Shown here one piece after another: positions 26,017 through 35,459 of a DNA stretch of 35,827 nt; position 1 is the first letter of the stretch; each line of letters starts with the position of its first letter. The notes under the pieces were generated by a model. The model saw only the letters and a program-made list of their open reading frames with translations. It was not told the DNA's origin and ran no database searches. The position numbers were made by a program, and so were the translations under genes. Origin of the DNA: an archaeon (GTDB taxonomy: Archaea; B1Sed10-29; JAJSAI01); contig JAJSAI010000026.1 of assembly GCA_024274695.1 (NCBI GenBank), positions 1-35,827 on the forward strand. The letters are read 5' to 3'.

Positions 26017-26796
26017 ATGTCCAGCACGTGGGTGGTTGTCGAAAAAAGGCCCAGGCTCAAAAAGCCCGTGCTCGTGGAAGGGCTTCCCGGAGTCGGGCTC
26101 GTGGGCAGGCTGGCTGCAGAGCAACTTGTTAACGAACTAGACGCAAAGCCGTTCGCTGTGATGCATTCAAGCCATTTTCCTCCTCAGGTGATTGTTGACG
26201 AGGACGCGGAAATCTCAATGTTCGAGAACACGTTCTACTACTGGAAGAACAAGAAGGGCAAGAACGACCTGGTAATCCTGATGGGTGACCACCAAGGGCT
26301 CTCGGTTGAGAGCCATTACGAGGTGTCCAAGGAAGCCGTTGACTTGGCCCATAAGCTTGGCGTCAAAACAATCTACACCCTGGGAGGGTTCAGGACAGGG
26401 AAGATAGTTAAAAACCCGAGGGTCTTCGGCGCGGTGACTGACAGCAGGATGCGCAGGACGCTTGAAAAGCACGGGGTAGTGTTCGCAGGAGGCCCGCAGT
26501 TCATAGCAGGAGCCGCGGGCCTGATGCTAGGCCTCGGGAAACTAAAAGGGATGCGGGGAGCGTGCCTGATGGGAGAAACCCACGGCGCTTACGCTGACCC
26601 GCACTCTGCAGAGTACGTTCTGAAGATCCTTACAGAAGTGCTTAAGATAAAAATATCCTACCAGGGCCTTGAGGAAATGGCGAAAGAGATAGACAAGGAA
26701 CTGGAGAGGATAAGAAAAGCGCAGAAAAAGCAGGAAGAAGAACTGAGAAGAATGCACGAGAGCGCGCTGAAGGACAGGATGTCCTACTTCAGGTGA
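26017..26796 (+). CDS. Proteasome assembly chaperone family (PAC2) protein
   Basis: PVLVEGLPGVGLVGRLAA, FPPQV, GDHQ, IYTLGG, GAAGLMLG, CLMGETHG..ADP.SA; start placed at ATG 26017 after TATATAAA. Confidence 0.92.
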   Translation: MSSTWVVVEKRPRLKKPVLVEGLPGVGLVGRLAAEQLVNELDAKPFAVMHSSHFPPQVIVDEDAEISMFENTFYYWKNKKGKNDLVILMGDHQGLSVESHYEVSKEAVDLAHKLGVKTIYTLGGFRTGKIVKNPRVFGAVTDSRMRRTLEKHGVVFAGGPQFIAGAAGLMLGLGKLKGMRGACLMGETHGAYADPHSAEYVLKILTEVLKIKISYQGLEEMAKEIDKELERIRKAQKKQEEELRRMHESALKDRMSYFR

Positions 26797-26815
26797 TTCT
26801 TCAGGAGGCTGCTGA

Positions 26816-28063
26816 ATGGAATACGCGGACCTGCACCTGCACTCCAAGTACTCTCGAGCAACCAGCCAAAAGATGAACCCGCTGGACCTGCCGAAAGCAG
26901 CCAGGGAAAAAGGACTTACCCTCTTGGGCACTGGTGACTTCACTCACCCTGAGTACTACAGGGAGTTAGTCCAGGGTCTGGGGGAATTAGGCCCGGACGG
27001 CTTTTACCACAAGGACGGCGTGAAGTTCGTGCCCACATGCGAGATCTCGCTGATGTACTCTGACGGTAAAAAACAGCGTAAAGTGCATCTCCTCCTCATA
27101 CTGCCGGACCTTGAGGCCGTGGCACAGCTTAATTCAGAGCTTGGGAAATGGGGAAGGCTGGACTATGACGGGAGACCAATCTTCGGGAGGACCTGTCCAG
27201 AGCTCGTGGACCTTGTTGCCAGCATAACCCCCGACGCGGAAGTGATCCCAGCCCACGCGTGGACACCCTGGTTCGGAGTATTCGGCTCCAAGTCAGGCTT
27301 TGACTCCCTAAAGGAAGCCTTCCAGGATACTGTGAACAAAATTCACGCAATAGAAACGGGCCTGAGCAGCGATCCTGAGATGAACTGGATGCTCAGCCAG
27401 CTTGACGGAATAAACCTGGTTTCCTTCTCCGACGCTCACTCCCCCTACTCCTTCAGGCTGGGGAGAGAGGCCACTCTCTTTGACGTGCGGAACTACAAAG
27501 AGCTCGTGAACGCGATACGAACAGGGAAAGGGCTCGTGAGCACGATAGAGGTTGACCCAGCGTACGGGAAATACCACTACGACGGGCACAGGGAGTGCGG
27601 AGTGTTCATGACCCCTGAAGATGCTAAGAAGCACGGTAACATCTGCCCGGTCTGCGGCAAGCCCTTGACAGTTGGCGTGATGCACAGGGTCGCAGAACTT
27701 GCAGACAGGCCTTACGGGTACAGGCCAAAAAACGCAAAGCCGTTCAAGAGGGTCGTCCCTCTCGCCGAGCTGATAGCCGCCGCCGAGAAGTCAACCCTCT
27801 CCTCCAAAAAGGTTTTCACGAAAACGTTCCAGGCGATCGCCGCGTTCGGGAGCGAGTTTAACGTGCTGTTCAACGTCCCGTACTACGAGCTAGAGCGAGT
27901 GCTCGGCGACAAGATCGCGAGAATGGTCATGCTTAACAGGGAAGAGAAAATAAAAATAAGGCCAGGGTACGATGGAGTTTACGGGGAGATCATAGTTGAC
28001 GATGACCCCGGGCCAGTTTCCTCTTCCGGAGGCCCTCAGAAGACGCTAAGCCATTTCCTTTAA
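26816..28063 (+). CDS. endoQ: Endonuclease Q (PHP domain + Zn finger)
   Basis: DLHLHSKYSRATS, GTGDFTHP, PAHAWTPWFG, ETGLSSDP, SDAHS, GKYHYDGHR.C, CPVCG..LTVGV.HRV, PGYDGVYG. Confidence 0.93.
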   Translation: MEYADLHLHSKYSRATSQKMNPLDLPKAAREKGLTLLGTGDFTHPEYYRELVQGLGELGPDGFYHKDGVKFVPTCEISLMYSDGKKQRKVHLLLILPDLEAVAQLNSELGKWGRLDYDGRPIFGRTCPELVDLVASITPDAEVIPAHAWTPWFGVFGSKSGFDSLKEAFQDTVNKIHAIETGLSSDPEMNWMLSQLDGINLVSFSDAHSPYSFRLGREATLFDVRNYKELVNAIRTGKGLVSTIEVDPAYGKYHYDGHRECGVFMTPEDAKKHGNICPVCGKPLTVGVMHRVAELADRPYGYRPKNAKPFKRVVPLAELIAAAEKSTLSSKKVFTKTFQAIAAFGSEFNVLFNVPYYELERVLGDKIARMVMLNREEKIKIRPGYDGVYGEIIVDDDPGPVSSSGGPQKTLSHFL

Positions 28064-28600
28064 GAGGTCAAGGCTCTTAGCGAACAGGTCTCTCATCCTA
28101 GGGAACCTCATTGCCGCGGCAGGATGAGGGAGCACGATCACAGTCCTTTTCCTACCCTCAATTTCTGCCACTATCCGCTTTCCAGAATCCTTTCCAACAC
28201 AGTATTCTTTACCAAGGACTGCTTTCACAGCAGTATTCCCAGCGAGAAGCAAGAAATCAGGGTCCACCAGGCCTATCTGCTCCAGAGTGTACGGGAGGCA
28301 TGCTCTGACCTCTTCTGGTGTGGGCGTCCTGTTCCGAGGGGGCCGGCACTTCACCGTCCCCGTAATGAAAAATTCTTTCCTGTCAAAGCCCACCCTCTCC
28401 AGTTCTCTCTCAAGGAACCGTCCTGACAGCCCAACGAACGGCCTGCCCATCTCATCCTCTTTTTTGCCCGGCGCTTCCCCGAGCAGGAAAAACCGCGCGT
28501 CTTCCGGGCCCTCTCCTGGAACAGCATGGTTCCTGGTTTTCCAGAGGCTGCATCTCCTGCACGCCCGTATCTCGCGCGCAAGATCATCCAATTTGCTCAT
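28046..28600 (-). CDS. udg: Family 4 uracil-DNA glycosylase
   Basis: CRRCSL...R..AVPGEG, GEAPG..ED..GRPFVG.SG, VKCRPP.NR.P...E...C, HPAA. Confidence 0.95.
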   Translation of the reverse strand: MSKLDDLAREIRACRRCSLWKTRNHAVPGEGPEDARFFLLGEAPGKKEDEMGRPFVGLSGRFLERELERVGFDRKEFFITGTVKCRPPRNRTPTPEEVRACLPYTLEQIGLVDPDFLLLAGNTAVKAVLGKEYCVGKDSGKRIVAEIEGRKRTVIVLPHPAAAMRFPRMRDLFAKSLDLLKEMA

Positions 28601-28650
28601 CAGGATAAGAAAGTCCTGTATATGTATTTTAACCTTTCTCAAATATTCTT

Positions 28651-29940
28651 TCAGGAAAACATGCTGGTGATGTCATCTATTCTGACTTTCTTCTCTTCTC
28701 CCGTGCGCATGTCCCTTACCGTGACCTCGCCTTCGGCCAGGTCCTTTGGTCCCACGAACACTACATATGGGACGCCCTTGGCGGCAGCGTACTCCAGCTG
28801 TTTCCTGAGCTTGCGCTTCATCAGGTCGGTTTCTGCATTGATCCCAGCGCTCCTGAGAATCTTCAGTATCTTGAACGCTTCTTTCCTTACCTGGTCGTTC
28901 ACGGGGGCTACGAACACCCTGCACGCGGTCTTGGGCAAGTCCTTGAACATGCCCTTCTCTTCCATGAGGAGGATTAGCCTTTCCACGCCTATGGCTATTC
29001 CAGTGGCGGGGGTTGACTTTCCGCCGAGCAGGCCTATTAGGTTGTCCCATCTCCCGCCTCCTGCCAGGGATCCTGTGAACTCTTTTGACCAGACTTCAAA
29101 CACCAGTCCTGTATAATATCCCAGGCCCCTGGCAAGGCTCAGGTCAAGCACTATCTCAGCGTCAGGGGAATAGTATTCAAGAGCCCTTGCCAGCCCTTCC
29201 AGTTCTTCAAAACCTTTTGTAGCGAGGTCGTTCTCAGGCTTTATCTTGTCCAGTCCAGAGTAAAGGCTCTCCTGCGATGTCACTCTTGACATGGCAGACT
29301 GTGCCAGGGGTTCAGGGAACCCTTTTTGAACGAGCTCTTCCAGGACCCCTTCTTCTCCTATCTTGTCAAGCTTGTCCAGGCTTCTCATGAACTCCTCGCA
29401 CTTTCCCTCGGGCACGCCTTCTTGGACCAGAAGGCCTTCCAGCAGGTTCCTTGAGTTAACCTTCACGTAAAAGTCAGAAAACCCGACTGCCTTGAGCGCG
29501 TCAACTGTCATGCTTATGATCTCTGCGTCAGCTTCTGGCTCTGCGGACCCTATTATGTCCGCGTCGCACTGGTAAAACTCCCTGTACCTTCCTTTCTGAG
29601 GTCTGTCGTACCTCCAGACTTTCCCTATCTGGTACTTCTTGAACGGCAGGCTCAGGTTAGGGTTGTTGGTCACATACCTCGCGGCGCTCGTGGTGAACTC
29701 GAACCTGAGCCCAAGCTCCCTCCCAGCCTGGTCCTTGAAATAGTATATCTCCTTCTTTATTTCTTCTCCTCCACCCCCTTTTGCTGAGAGGAGGTCGTAG
29801 GACTCCACGGCGGGAGTGTCAAGCTCGTCAAACCCGTACCTTTCAAAAACCTCTCTGATCCTCCTGAAAACGTAGTTCCTTTTCACGGTCTCCTCGGGCC
29901 CGTAGTCCCTAATTCCCCTGGGGGGCTGGAATCTTGTCAT
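28651..29940 (-). CDS. hisS: Histidine--tRNA ligase
   Basis: PRGIRDY, LRFEFT, VWRYDRPQKGRYREFYQCDAD, LARGLGYYTGLVFE, GGGRWDNL, GIAIGVERL, C-terminal anticodon-binding domain. Confidence 0.97.
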   Translation of the reverse strand: MTRFQPPRGIRDYGPEETVKRNYVFRRIREVFERYGFDELDTPAVESYDLLSAKGGGGEEIKKEIYYFKDQAGRELGLRFEFTTSAARYVTNNPNLSLPFKKYQIGKVWRYDRPQKGRYREFYQCDADIIGSAEPEADAEIISMTVDALKAVGFSDFYVKVNSRNLLEGLLVQEGVPEGKCEEFMRSLDKLDKIGEEGVLEELVQKGFPEPLAQSAMSRVTSQESLYSGLDKIKPENDLATKGFEELEGLARALEYYSPDAEIVLDLSLARGLGYYTGLVFEVWSKEFTGSLAGGGRWDNLIGLLGGKSTPATGIAIGVERLILLMEEKGMFKDLPKTACRVFVAPVNDQVRKEAFKILKILRSAGINAETDLMKRKLRKQLEYAAAKGVPYVVFVGPKDLAEGEVTVRDMRTGEEKKVRIDDITSMFS

Positions 29941-30272
29941 CTTCGTCCGCCTCTGCTAAAACGAGTGATGGGGCCGCGGCCGGGATTTTCTCCGCAGGAG
30001 GAAAACGCGGGAGGTTTTCCTCTCCGCGGTTTTGAACCCGGGCTGAGGGATCCACAGTCCCTAGTGCTAACCGCTACACTACCGCGGCCACCGATCTCCA
30101 TGACGTTTCTTGAGATAGGCAGTCCTTTTTCTCGGTCTGGTTTTAAAAGGATTACCCTGTCCTCTTCCAGGACGAGTTTAACAGAACCAGAGAGGTCAAG
30201 CCTCTGCCTTGCTAGCGCTGGGAGGACGAGCCTGTTCTTCTTGTCAAGCTTTACCAGCAGGGTGAAGGCGAT
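29937..30272 (-). CDS. AbrB/MazE/MraZ-like small DNA-binding protein whose frame reads through the tRNA-His gene; start codon uncertain
   Basis: VKLDKKNRLVLPALARQRLDL.G.V.LVLEEDRVILLKP swapped-hairpin pattern; TATA-like TTTTATATA near 30314-30322; no in-frame ATG/GTG/TTG between that box and the domain. Confidence 0.6.
   Translation of the reverse strand: MAFTLLVKLDKKNRLVLPALARQRLDLSGSVKLVLEEDRVILLKPDREKGLPISRNVMEIGGRGSVAVSTRDCGSLSPGSKPRRGKPPAFSSCGENPGRGPITRFSRGGRR
29969..30089 (-). tRNA. tRNA-His(GTG) with encoded G-1 and CCA, and a 45-nt intron in the T-loop (59/60)
   Basis: G-GCCGCGG/CCGCGGC-C-CCA acceptor, GTGT/GCAC D-stem, AGGGA-CTGTGGA-TCCCT anticodon arm, CCGGG-TTCAAA[intron 30030-29986]T-CCCGG; spliced length 76 nt. 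Confidence 0.93.
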
Positions 30273-30349
30273 CCACTCCGAAAACCTCCAAGAAGAATTA
30301 GGGCCGCTCCCACTATATAAAACCAGGTGTTTTCCCGACTTTTTTGGGC

Positions 30350-31243
30350 TCACATTTCCCTTAGCCTTCTTATCCTCTCTTCTATTGGAGGGTGGGTGCT
30401 GAAGAGGCCTTTCAGGTTCACGCTGCCGAGGGGGTTGGCTATGAAAAGATGCGCGTTACCAGGATTAGCGCCCTTCAGCGGTTGCTTGTAGCCAGCAATT
30501 TTTTCCAGGGCCCTGGCCAGCCCTTCAGGGTATCTTGTGAGCATGGCGCTTGTCGCGTCTGCCATGAACTCCCTCTTGCGCGAGATCACGGCCTTGATCA
30601 TGGCCGCGAAAATTGGGGCTACTATGGAGGCGATCACTGCTACCAGCAGCACTATCAACGCAGCCTGGCCCTTGTCCCTGTCTCCGCTAAAGACTCCGTG
30701 GAATGCCATGTTCCGGAACAAGAATGCGAGCGCCACGATCGTCCCAGCCATCACCGCGGCAAGGGTCATTACTTTCATGTCGTTGTTCCTGATGTGGCCC
30801 ATCTCGTGGCCTATCACGCCCCTTATCTCGTCCTTGTCCATCCTGTTCAACAGGCCTGTCGTGGCGCAGATTACTGCATTGCGGGGGTTCCTTCCGGTCG
30901 CGAACGCGTTAGGCGCGGGATCGTCTATCACGTACGCTTTAGGGGTTGGAAGACCCGCTGCTATGGCCATTTCCTCTACAGCGTGCTGGAACTCCGCTTC
31001 CTTGAGGTTCCTCATGTTCGCGGGCCTGGCCTTGAAGTGCTTGAGCACTATCCTGTCAGAATAATAGTACTGGTACACGGTCACGAGGAGCATTACCACG
31101 AACACCGCGACAGTTATCCAGTACGTCATGAAGTACCCGAACACCAGGCCTATTCCCAGGAAAAAGGTTAGGAAGAACGCCATTAGGGCTATTGAAAGGA
31201 GGTCATTCCTGCGTATCTCCGAAAAGAAAAACCTCCTGCCCAC
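30350..31243 (-). CDS. htpX: Zinc metalloprotease HtpX (M48)
   Basis: PNAFATGRNP, TTGLL, GVIGHEMGHIRN.D, ISRKREFMADA, LFSTHPPIEERI. Confidence 0.95.
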   Translation of the reverse strand: MGRRFFFSEIRRNDLLSIALMAFFLTFFLGIGLVFGYFMTYWITVAVFVVMLLVTVYQYYYSDRIVLKHFKARPANMRNLKEAEFQHAVEEMAIAAGLPTPKAYVIDDPAPNAFATGRNPRNAVICATTGLLNRMDKDEIRGVIGHEMGHIRNNDMKVMTLAAVMAGTIVALAFLFRNMAFHGVFSGDRDKGQAALIVLLVAVIASIVAPIFAAMIKAVISRKREFMADATSAMLTRYPEGLARALEKIAGYKQPLKGANPGNAHLFIANPLGSVNLKGLFSTHPPIEERIRRLREM

Positions 31244-31270
31244 GATTTTTTGCCTCCTCTTCCGACTTTT

Positions 31271-31852
31271 TCAGAACTTTACCTTGGGCACCGCCCTCTC
31301 AGCCTCTTCTATTTCAAAGAACTCTCTTGGCTTGAACTTGAATACCCTCGCGAAGATGTTCGTGGGGAACATCTGTATCTTGTTGTTGTACGCTAGCACT
31401 GAGTCGTTGTAGAACTGTCTGGCGTACGCGATCTTTGACTCTATGCTCTCTAACTGTTCTTGAAGTAGCTTGAAGTTCTCAGCAGCCCTCAGCTGAGGGT
31501 AGTTTTCTGCCACCGCGAAGAGGCTCTTGAGGGCGGAGGTGAGCATGTTGTTGGCTTTTGCTTTCTCCGCCACGGTCCCCGCCTGCATGAGCGCTGCTCT
31601 CGCCTTGGTGACCTCCTCGAAAACTGTTTTCTCATGCTTTGCGTACCCCTTTACTGTTTCCACAAGGTTGGGGACCAGGTCTGCTCTCTTCTTGAGCTGT
31701 ACGTCTATCTGGCTCCAGGCGTTGTCCACCTGGTTCCTCGCGCCAACGAGAGAATTGTACGCGTATATCGCGTAGAGCACAAGGGCCACGAGGATGATTA
31801 TTCCAATAAGGACTGTCATGCTCAGTCCGAACAGGGATAGTAATGTCATCAT
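31271..31852 (-). CDS. lemA: LemA family protein
   Basis: [64 protein letters not shown]. Confidence 0.96.
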   Translation of the reverse strand: MMTLLSLFGLSMTVLIGIIILVALVLYAIYAYNSLVGARNQVDNAWSQIDVQLKKRADLVPNLVETVKGYAKHEKTVFEEVTKARAALMQAGTVAEKAKANNMLTSALKSLFAVAENYPQLRAAENFKLLQEQLESIESKIAYARQFYNDSVLAYNNKIQMFPTNIFARVFKFKPREFFEIEEAERAVPKVKF

Positions 31853-31952
31853 GCTGCTCTCACCGGTCAAGAAAAGGATGGCAGGTATAAAAATCTTTCT
31901 CGGCTGGCGCCGCGAAAGTTATTTAAACACACCTTCTCTTGTTCTATGCCGG

Positions 31953-32591
31953 ATGAGCGTGCTTCAGGTGAACCCGTGTTCGCTGGCCTACTTGCTGGCC
32001 GCGGGAGTGCTCGGGCTACTGTACTACTCTCTTTCAAGAGCGAGGACAATGCATCCTGCGAGAATAGCGTACAACAGGTCAATACTCGCGGCGGTGTTCT
32101 GGATGTTTTTTGACTTCCTTGAGTACAGCTCGGCGGACCCTTTGCTTGCCAGAGCATTCCTGATACTCACAACCCTTTCCATTGCGGTCACGCTATACTT
32201 CGTGCTGAACGCAGGGTTCCTCCTGGCCGGCAAAAGGCTCGGCTGGATAGCGTACGTGCCTATCATCGCGTCCGTCATCCTGTCACCCTTTTTTGAGGTC
32301 CAGCCCGCTGTTTTCACCCCTTTTGACGACAAGTTCAACGTTCCCCTGGGCGTATGGCTTGGGCTGGAGTTCGTCCTGTTTGTCGCGTTCCCGGTGGCGC
32401 TTTACACTGTGCGCCGGAAGTGTTCTGACGAGAGGGTGATAAAAAGGCTTGACAGCCTCATAGCCGCTGCAGTGTTCATAACCATTTTCACAATAACATA
32501 CTATGTTTATCACCTGTTCACTCTCCTGCCTCCCCTGACGTGGGTTATGGCCATCGCGTACGCGGGGCTGACGTACAATTCCTTCAGGTGA
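31953..32591 (+). CDS. Multi-pass membrane protein (about 7 TM), resembling a stand-alone HisKA_7TM-like sensor domain
   Basis: Hydrophobic helices spaced as in 7TM sensors, W in TM2, basic loop RRKCSDERVIKR before TM6; start at ATG 31953 after TTATTTAAA. Confidence 0.6.
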   Translation: MSVLQVNPCSLAYLLAAGVLGLLYYSLSRARTMHPARIAYNRSILAAVFWMFFDFLEYSSADPLLARAFLILTTLSIAVTLYFVLNAGFLLAGKRLGWIAYVPIIASVILSPFFEVQPAVFTPFDDKFNVPLGVWLGLEFVLFVAFPVALYTVRRKCSDERVIKRLDSLIAAAVFITIFTITYYVYHLFTLLPPLTWVMAIAYAGLTYNSFR

Positions 32592-32600
32592 TGTGATCGC

Positions 32601-33242
32601 ATGCAGTGGTGGACTCTGTTATACCCGTTGAGCATGATTTTCCTGGCAGCATACTTCCTGCACGTCTTCCTCTCAAGCAATCACAAGACCACTGCCAAAA
32701 AAGTGTACTACGTCTCGCTTTTCACTGGCGTGGTCTGGATAATCACGGAATACCTGCAGCACCAGGCCTGCGACCCCGGCCAGGCAGGCCTTTTTGTCAT
32801 GCTCTCTTACCTGTTCGCCAGCGTGGCTGTGGCCCTCATTGCTATCACGAGCCTGTTACTCGCCGGGTGCGGGAAGGTCCTTAAAGCACTCGCGTTCACG
32901 CCATTGTTAGTCCTCTTCGTGTGGATCCCCTCTTTTAGTGTTATAAGGGTGTACTACGGCTGGACCGCCGAACCATCAGTCATGTCTGCTGTTTGGGCAT
33001 TCAGCTTCCTTGTCCCCGCAGCCCTGCTCTTGCACACGTTTTTCTTGTTCCACAAGAGAGTGAACAACAAGGACCTTAGGAAAAGGAGCCTTCTCTTCTC
33101 GCTTTATTCCACTTTCCTCCTAGTGTTCGGTTTGGCATACTACCTTTTCTGCTTTTACACCAAGTCCTTCCCGTTCATGAGCCCCGTTCCCGTGATCCTC
33201 TACCTGGCGCTGACCTACCCGTTGTTCGGGAAAAAACGATGA
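32601..33242 (+). CDS. Multi-pass membrane protein (about 7 TM), apparent paralog of the upstream gene
   Basis: Same length and layout: W...EYL....DP..A, YYGW loop, KRVNNKDLRKR basic loop; GGTGA SD. Confidence 0.6.
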   Translation: MQWWTLLYPLSMIFLAAYFLHVFLSSNHKTTAKKVYYVSLFTGVVWIITEYLQHQACDPGQAGLFVMLSYLFASVAVALIAITSLLLAGCGKVLKALAFTPLLVLFVWIPSFSVIRVYYGWTAEPSVMSAVWAFSFLVPAALLLHTFFLFHKRVNNKDLRKRSLLFSLYSTFLLVFGLAYYLFCFYTKSFPFMSPVPVILYLALTYPLFGKKR

Positions 33243-33286
33243 TTCTTGCAAAAGTTTTTTATCCTGCCGTGCTGTTGTTGTAGTGC

Positions 33287-34354
33287 ATGGAGGGTGCTAA
33301 AGAGGCGATGTTCTATGCTCCCCTGGAAGAGGGTGCTGTAAAGTGCATGCTGTGCCGGAGGGGATGCGTAATCCCTGATGGCGGCAGGGGATTCTGCAGG
33401 GTCAGAAAGAACGTTGGCGGTAAACTGTACTCGTTGAACTACGGGCGCGCGATAGGGATGGCAGTGGACCCAATAGAAAAGAAGCCGTTCTACCACTTCT
33501 GGCCAGGGTCTCAAGCGTTCTCTTTCGCGACCGTGGGATGCAACTTCAGGTGCCTGCACTGCCAGAACTGGGATATCTCTCAGGCAAGCCCAGAAGACTT
33601 TCCCACGCCGTACACTCCTCCGGAAGAGCTCGTGAGAGAAGCAGAACGCTTAGGCACCCGGATAATCGCGTACACGTACACCGAGCCAACAATCTTCTAC
33701 GAGTACGCTCGGGACACCGGCGTGCTGGCCAGGGAGAAAGGAATGCTGAACGTTTTCGTTACCAACGGGTACACCGGAAAGGAGGCCATAGATGACGCGG
33801 CCAAAAGTTTTCTGGACGCTGCCAGAATAGACCTTAAGGGAGGCGAGGAACACTACCTTAAAATAGCAGGGGGAGTGGTGCTGGACAGGGTGCTTGACAC
33901 CATCAGGGACTACTACCGGACCGGAATGCACGTGGAGATAATAACCCTCGTGATCCCCGGAGACAATGACACCAGAGAGTTCGTCGCCAGAATGGCTGGA
34001 TTCCTGAGGACAGAACTCTCGGACGAGGTCCCCTGGCACTTCACGAGATTCTACCCAGCCTACAAGATGACTGACGTTCCTCCCACGAGCGTTGAAACCC
34101 TTGAAAAAATGCATGACTGGGCGAAAGAAGAGGGCATGAAGTACGTATACATCGGCAACGTGCCCGGGCACGAGTACAACAACACGTACTGCCCGAAGTG
34201 CGGGGAAAAAGTAATAGAACGGGACGGGTTCACTGTCACGGGAGTAGCCCTCTCAGGATCTCCTGGAAAGTACAAGTGCCCCTCGTGTGGGACCAGAATA
34301 CCTATAGTGGGCGAGGCAAAACCCACGTCCCTCAGCAGGCCTGAGCTTTTTTAG
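33287..34354 (+). CDS. amrS: AmmeMemoRadiSam system radical SAM enzyme
   Basis: VKCMLCRRGC.I..G.RGFCRVRKN, DPIEKKPFYHF.PG, GCNFRCLHCQNW.ISQ, AYTYTEP, TNGY, IDLKG, YVYIGNV, TYCPKCG...IER. Confidence 0.93.
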   Translation: MEGAKEAMFYAPLEEGAVKCMLCRRGCVIPDGGRGFCRVRKNVGGKLYSLNYGRAIGMAVDPIEKKPFYHFWPGSQAFSFATVGCNFRCLHCQNWDISQASPEDFPTPYTPPEELVREAERLGTRIIAYTYTEPTIFYEYARDTGVLAREKGMLNVFVTNGYTGKEAIDDAAKSFLDAARIDLKGGEEHYLKIAGGVVLDRVLDTIRDYYRTGMHVEIITLVIPGDNDTREFVARMAGFLRTELSDEVPWHFTRFYPAYKMTDVPPTSVETLEKMHDWAKEEGMKYVYIGNVPGHEYNNTYCPKCGEKVIERDGFTVTGVALSGSPGKYKCPSCGTRIPIVGEAKPTSLSRPELF

Positions 34355-34698
34355 AGCAGGCCGAAGAATATCGCGAGCATCACGACCGCAAGCCCAGGTA
34401 TTCCTGTTACTGCTACGATCAGTATGACCAGAGGGTTTGTCAAGGGCACGGGAATCCCGAGAACGAACTTTAGTATCAGCAGGCCGATTATGCCGATTAT
34501 CACGTTTGCTATGATGTTCTTAAGAAACTTTAGGAAAAGGAAAAAACCCACTATCAGTATCACCGCGCCTATAAGCAGGCCCCAGTGTCCCGTGAACGCT
34601 TTTATGGGCTCGGTTACCTGAGTGATGTTGCCCGTGACGTTGGCCACTGTGTAAGTAATGTTAAGAACATCGGTCCCTATTCCCAGCAAGCGAAACAC
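34351..34698 (-). CDS. Small membrane protein, BofA-like
   Basis: K..KNIIAN.IIG.IGL.I....GI.VPL....I...A..GIPG pattern; start uncertain. Confidence 0.7.
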   Translation of the reverse strand: MFRLLGIGTDVLNITYTVANVTGNITQVTEPIKAFTGHWGLLIGAVILIVGFFLFLKFLKNIIANVIIGIIGLLILKFVLGIPVPLTNPLVILIVAVTGIPGLAVVMLAIFFGLL

Positions 34699-34748
34699 CC
34701 TGTTTTAAATACACTGAGTAGTATAAAAGCGTTTCAGAGGGATCTAAG

Positions 34749-35459
34749 ATGATAGAATTTTCCGAAAACGAGATAGCCGTTGGAAAAGCACTGCTTGAAG
34801 GACCTCTTGACGCCATAGAACTGAGGAAAAAAACAGGAATTCCTGCTGACGAGCTTATTCAGGCCCTGAAGAGGCTCATGAACCTCAGGATAGTAGAGCT
34901 CCAGGGCCAGAAGTACAAGCTAGTGGACAGGATCCTTGAAAAAGCGGGCAGGGCAGGAGAGTTCAAGGAAAAGTACCGGGTCAGAATGATAATAGAAGGA
35001 TCAAGCAAGGACCCTCTTGCTCTGGAGAAGCAGATGAACGTGCTCGTGGACAAGATAAAGCAAGAGAAAATACTCGTGCACGATCTCGAGCTCGCCGAGA
35101 TCAAGGAAGACCAAGGCCAGTACCACTCCTTCATAGAACTGGATTTTGGAGCGTCCTCGTTCGACTCAGTGATCCGGATGATCACCAACTACGGGCCTAG
35201 TTCCATAGAACTCCTGGAACCAAAAGGGCCGATTACCCTCACTCCAAAAGAGGTTCACGACAGCTTTGTGGACATGGCTAACTTCACCCACTACTATGTT
35301 GGCCTAGTGGTTAACCTGTCCATGCAGAACAATATTCTACGGGAAGAGCTCAGGAAGGCCAAGAACCAGTTGCGGGAAAAAGAACTTCAAGAAGGCTCTG
35401 GAACAGATGAGGAAAAGGAAAGTACGCCGGAGGCGAGGGCGGAAGAGAAAAGTTTATAA
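34749..35459 (+). CDS. Conserved archaeal hypothetical protein (N-terminal wHTH-like domain, central alpha/beta domain, coiled-coil tail)
   Basis: wHTH-like N-terminus, SFIEL...YGPSSIELLEP motif, charged C-terminus. Confidence 0.7.
   Translation: MIEFSENEIAVGKALLEGPLDAIELRKKTGIPADELIQALKRLMNLRIVELQGQKYKLVDRILEKAGRAGEFKEKYRVRMIIEGSSKDPLALEKQMNVLVDKIKQEKILVHDLELAEIKEDQGQYHSFIELDFGASSFDSVIRMITNYGPSSIELLEPKGPITLTPKEVHDSFVDMANFTHYYVGLVVNLSMQNNILREELRKAKNQLREKELQEGSGTDEEKESTPEARAEEKSL

Noticed and set aside
30392-31171. Long antisense ORFs (259 aa here, and others over lonB, aIF2-alpha, hisS)
   Set aside because: Shadow frames of well-supported genes with no recognisable motifs
33287-34354. amrS as a third RiPP maturase
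   Set aside because: Matches the widespread AmmeMemoRadiSam family; no SPASM/RRE domain or adjacent peptide
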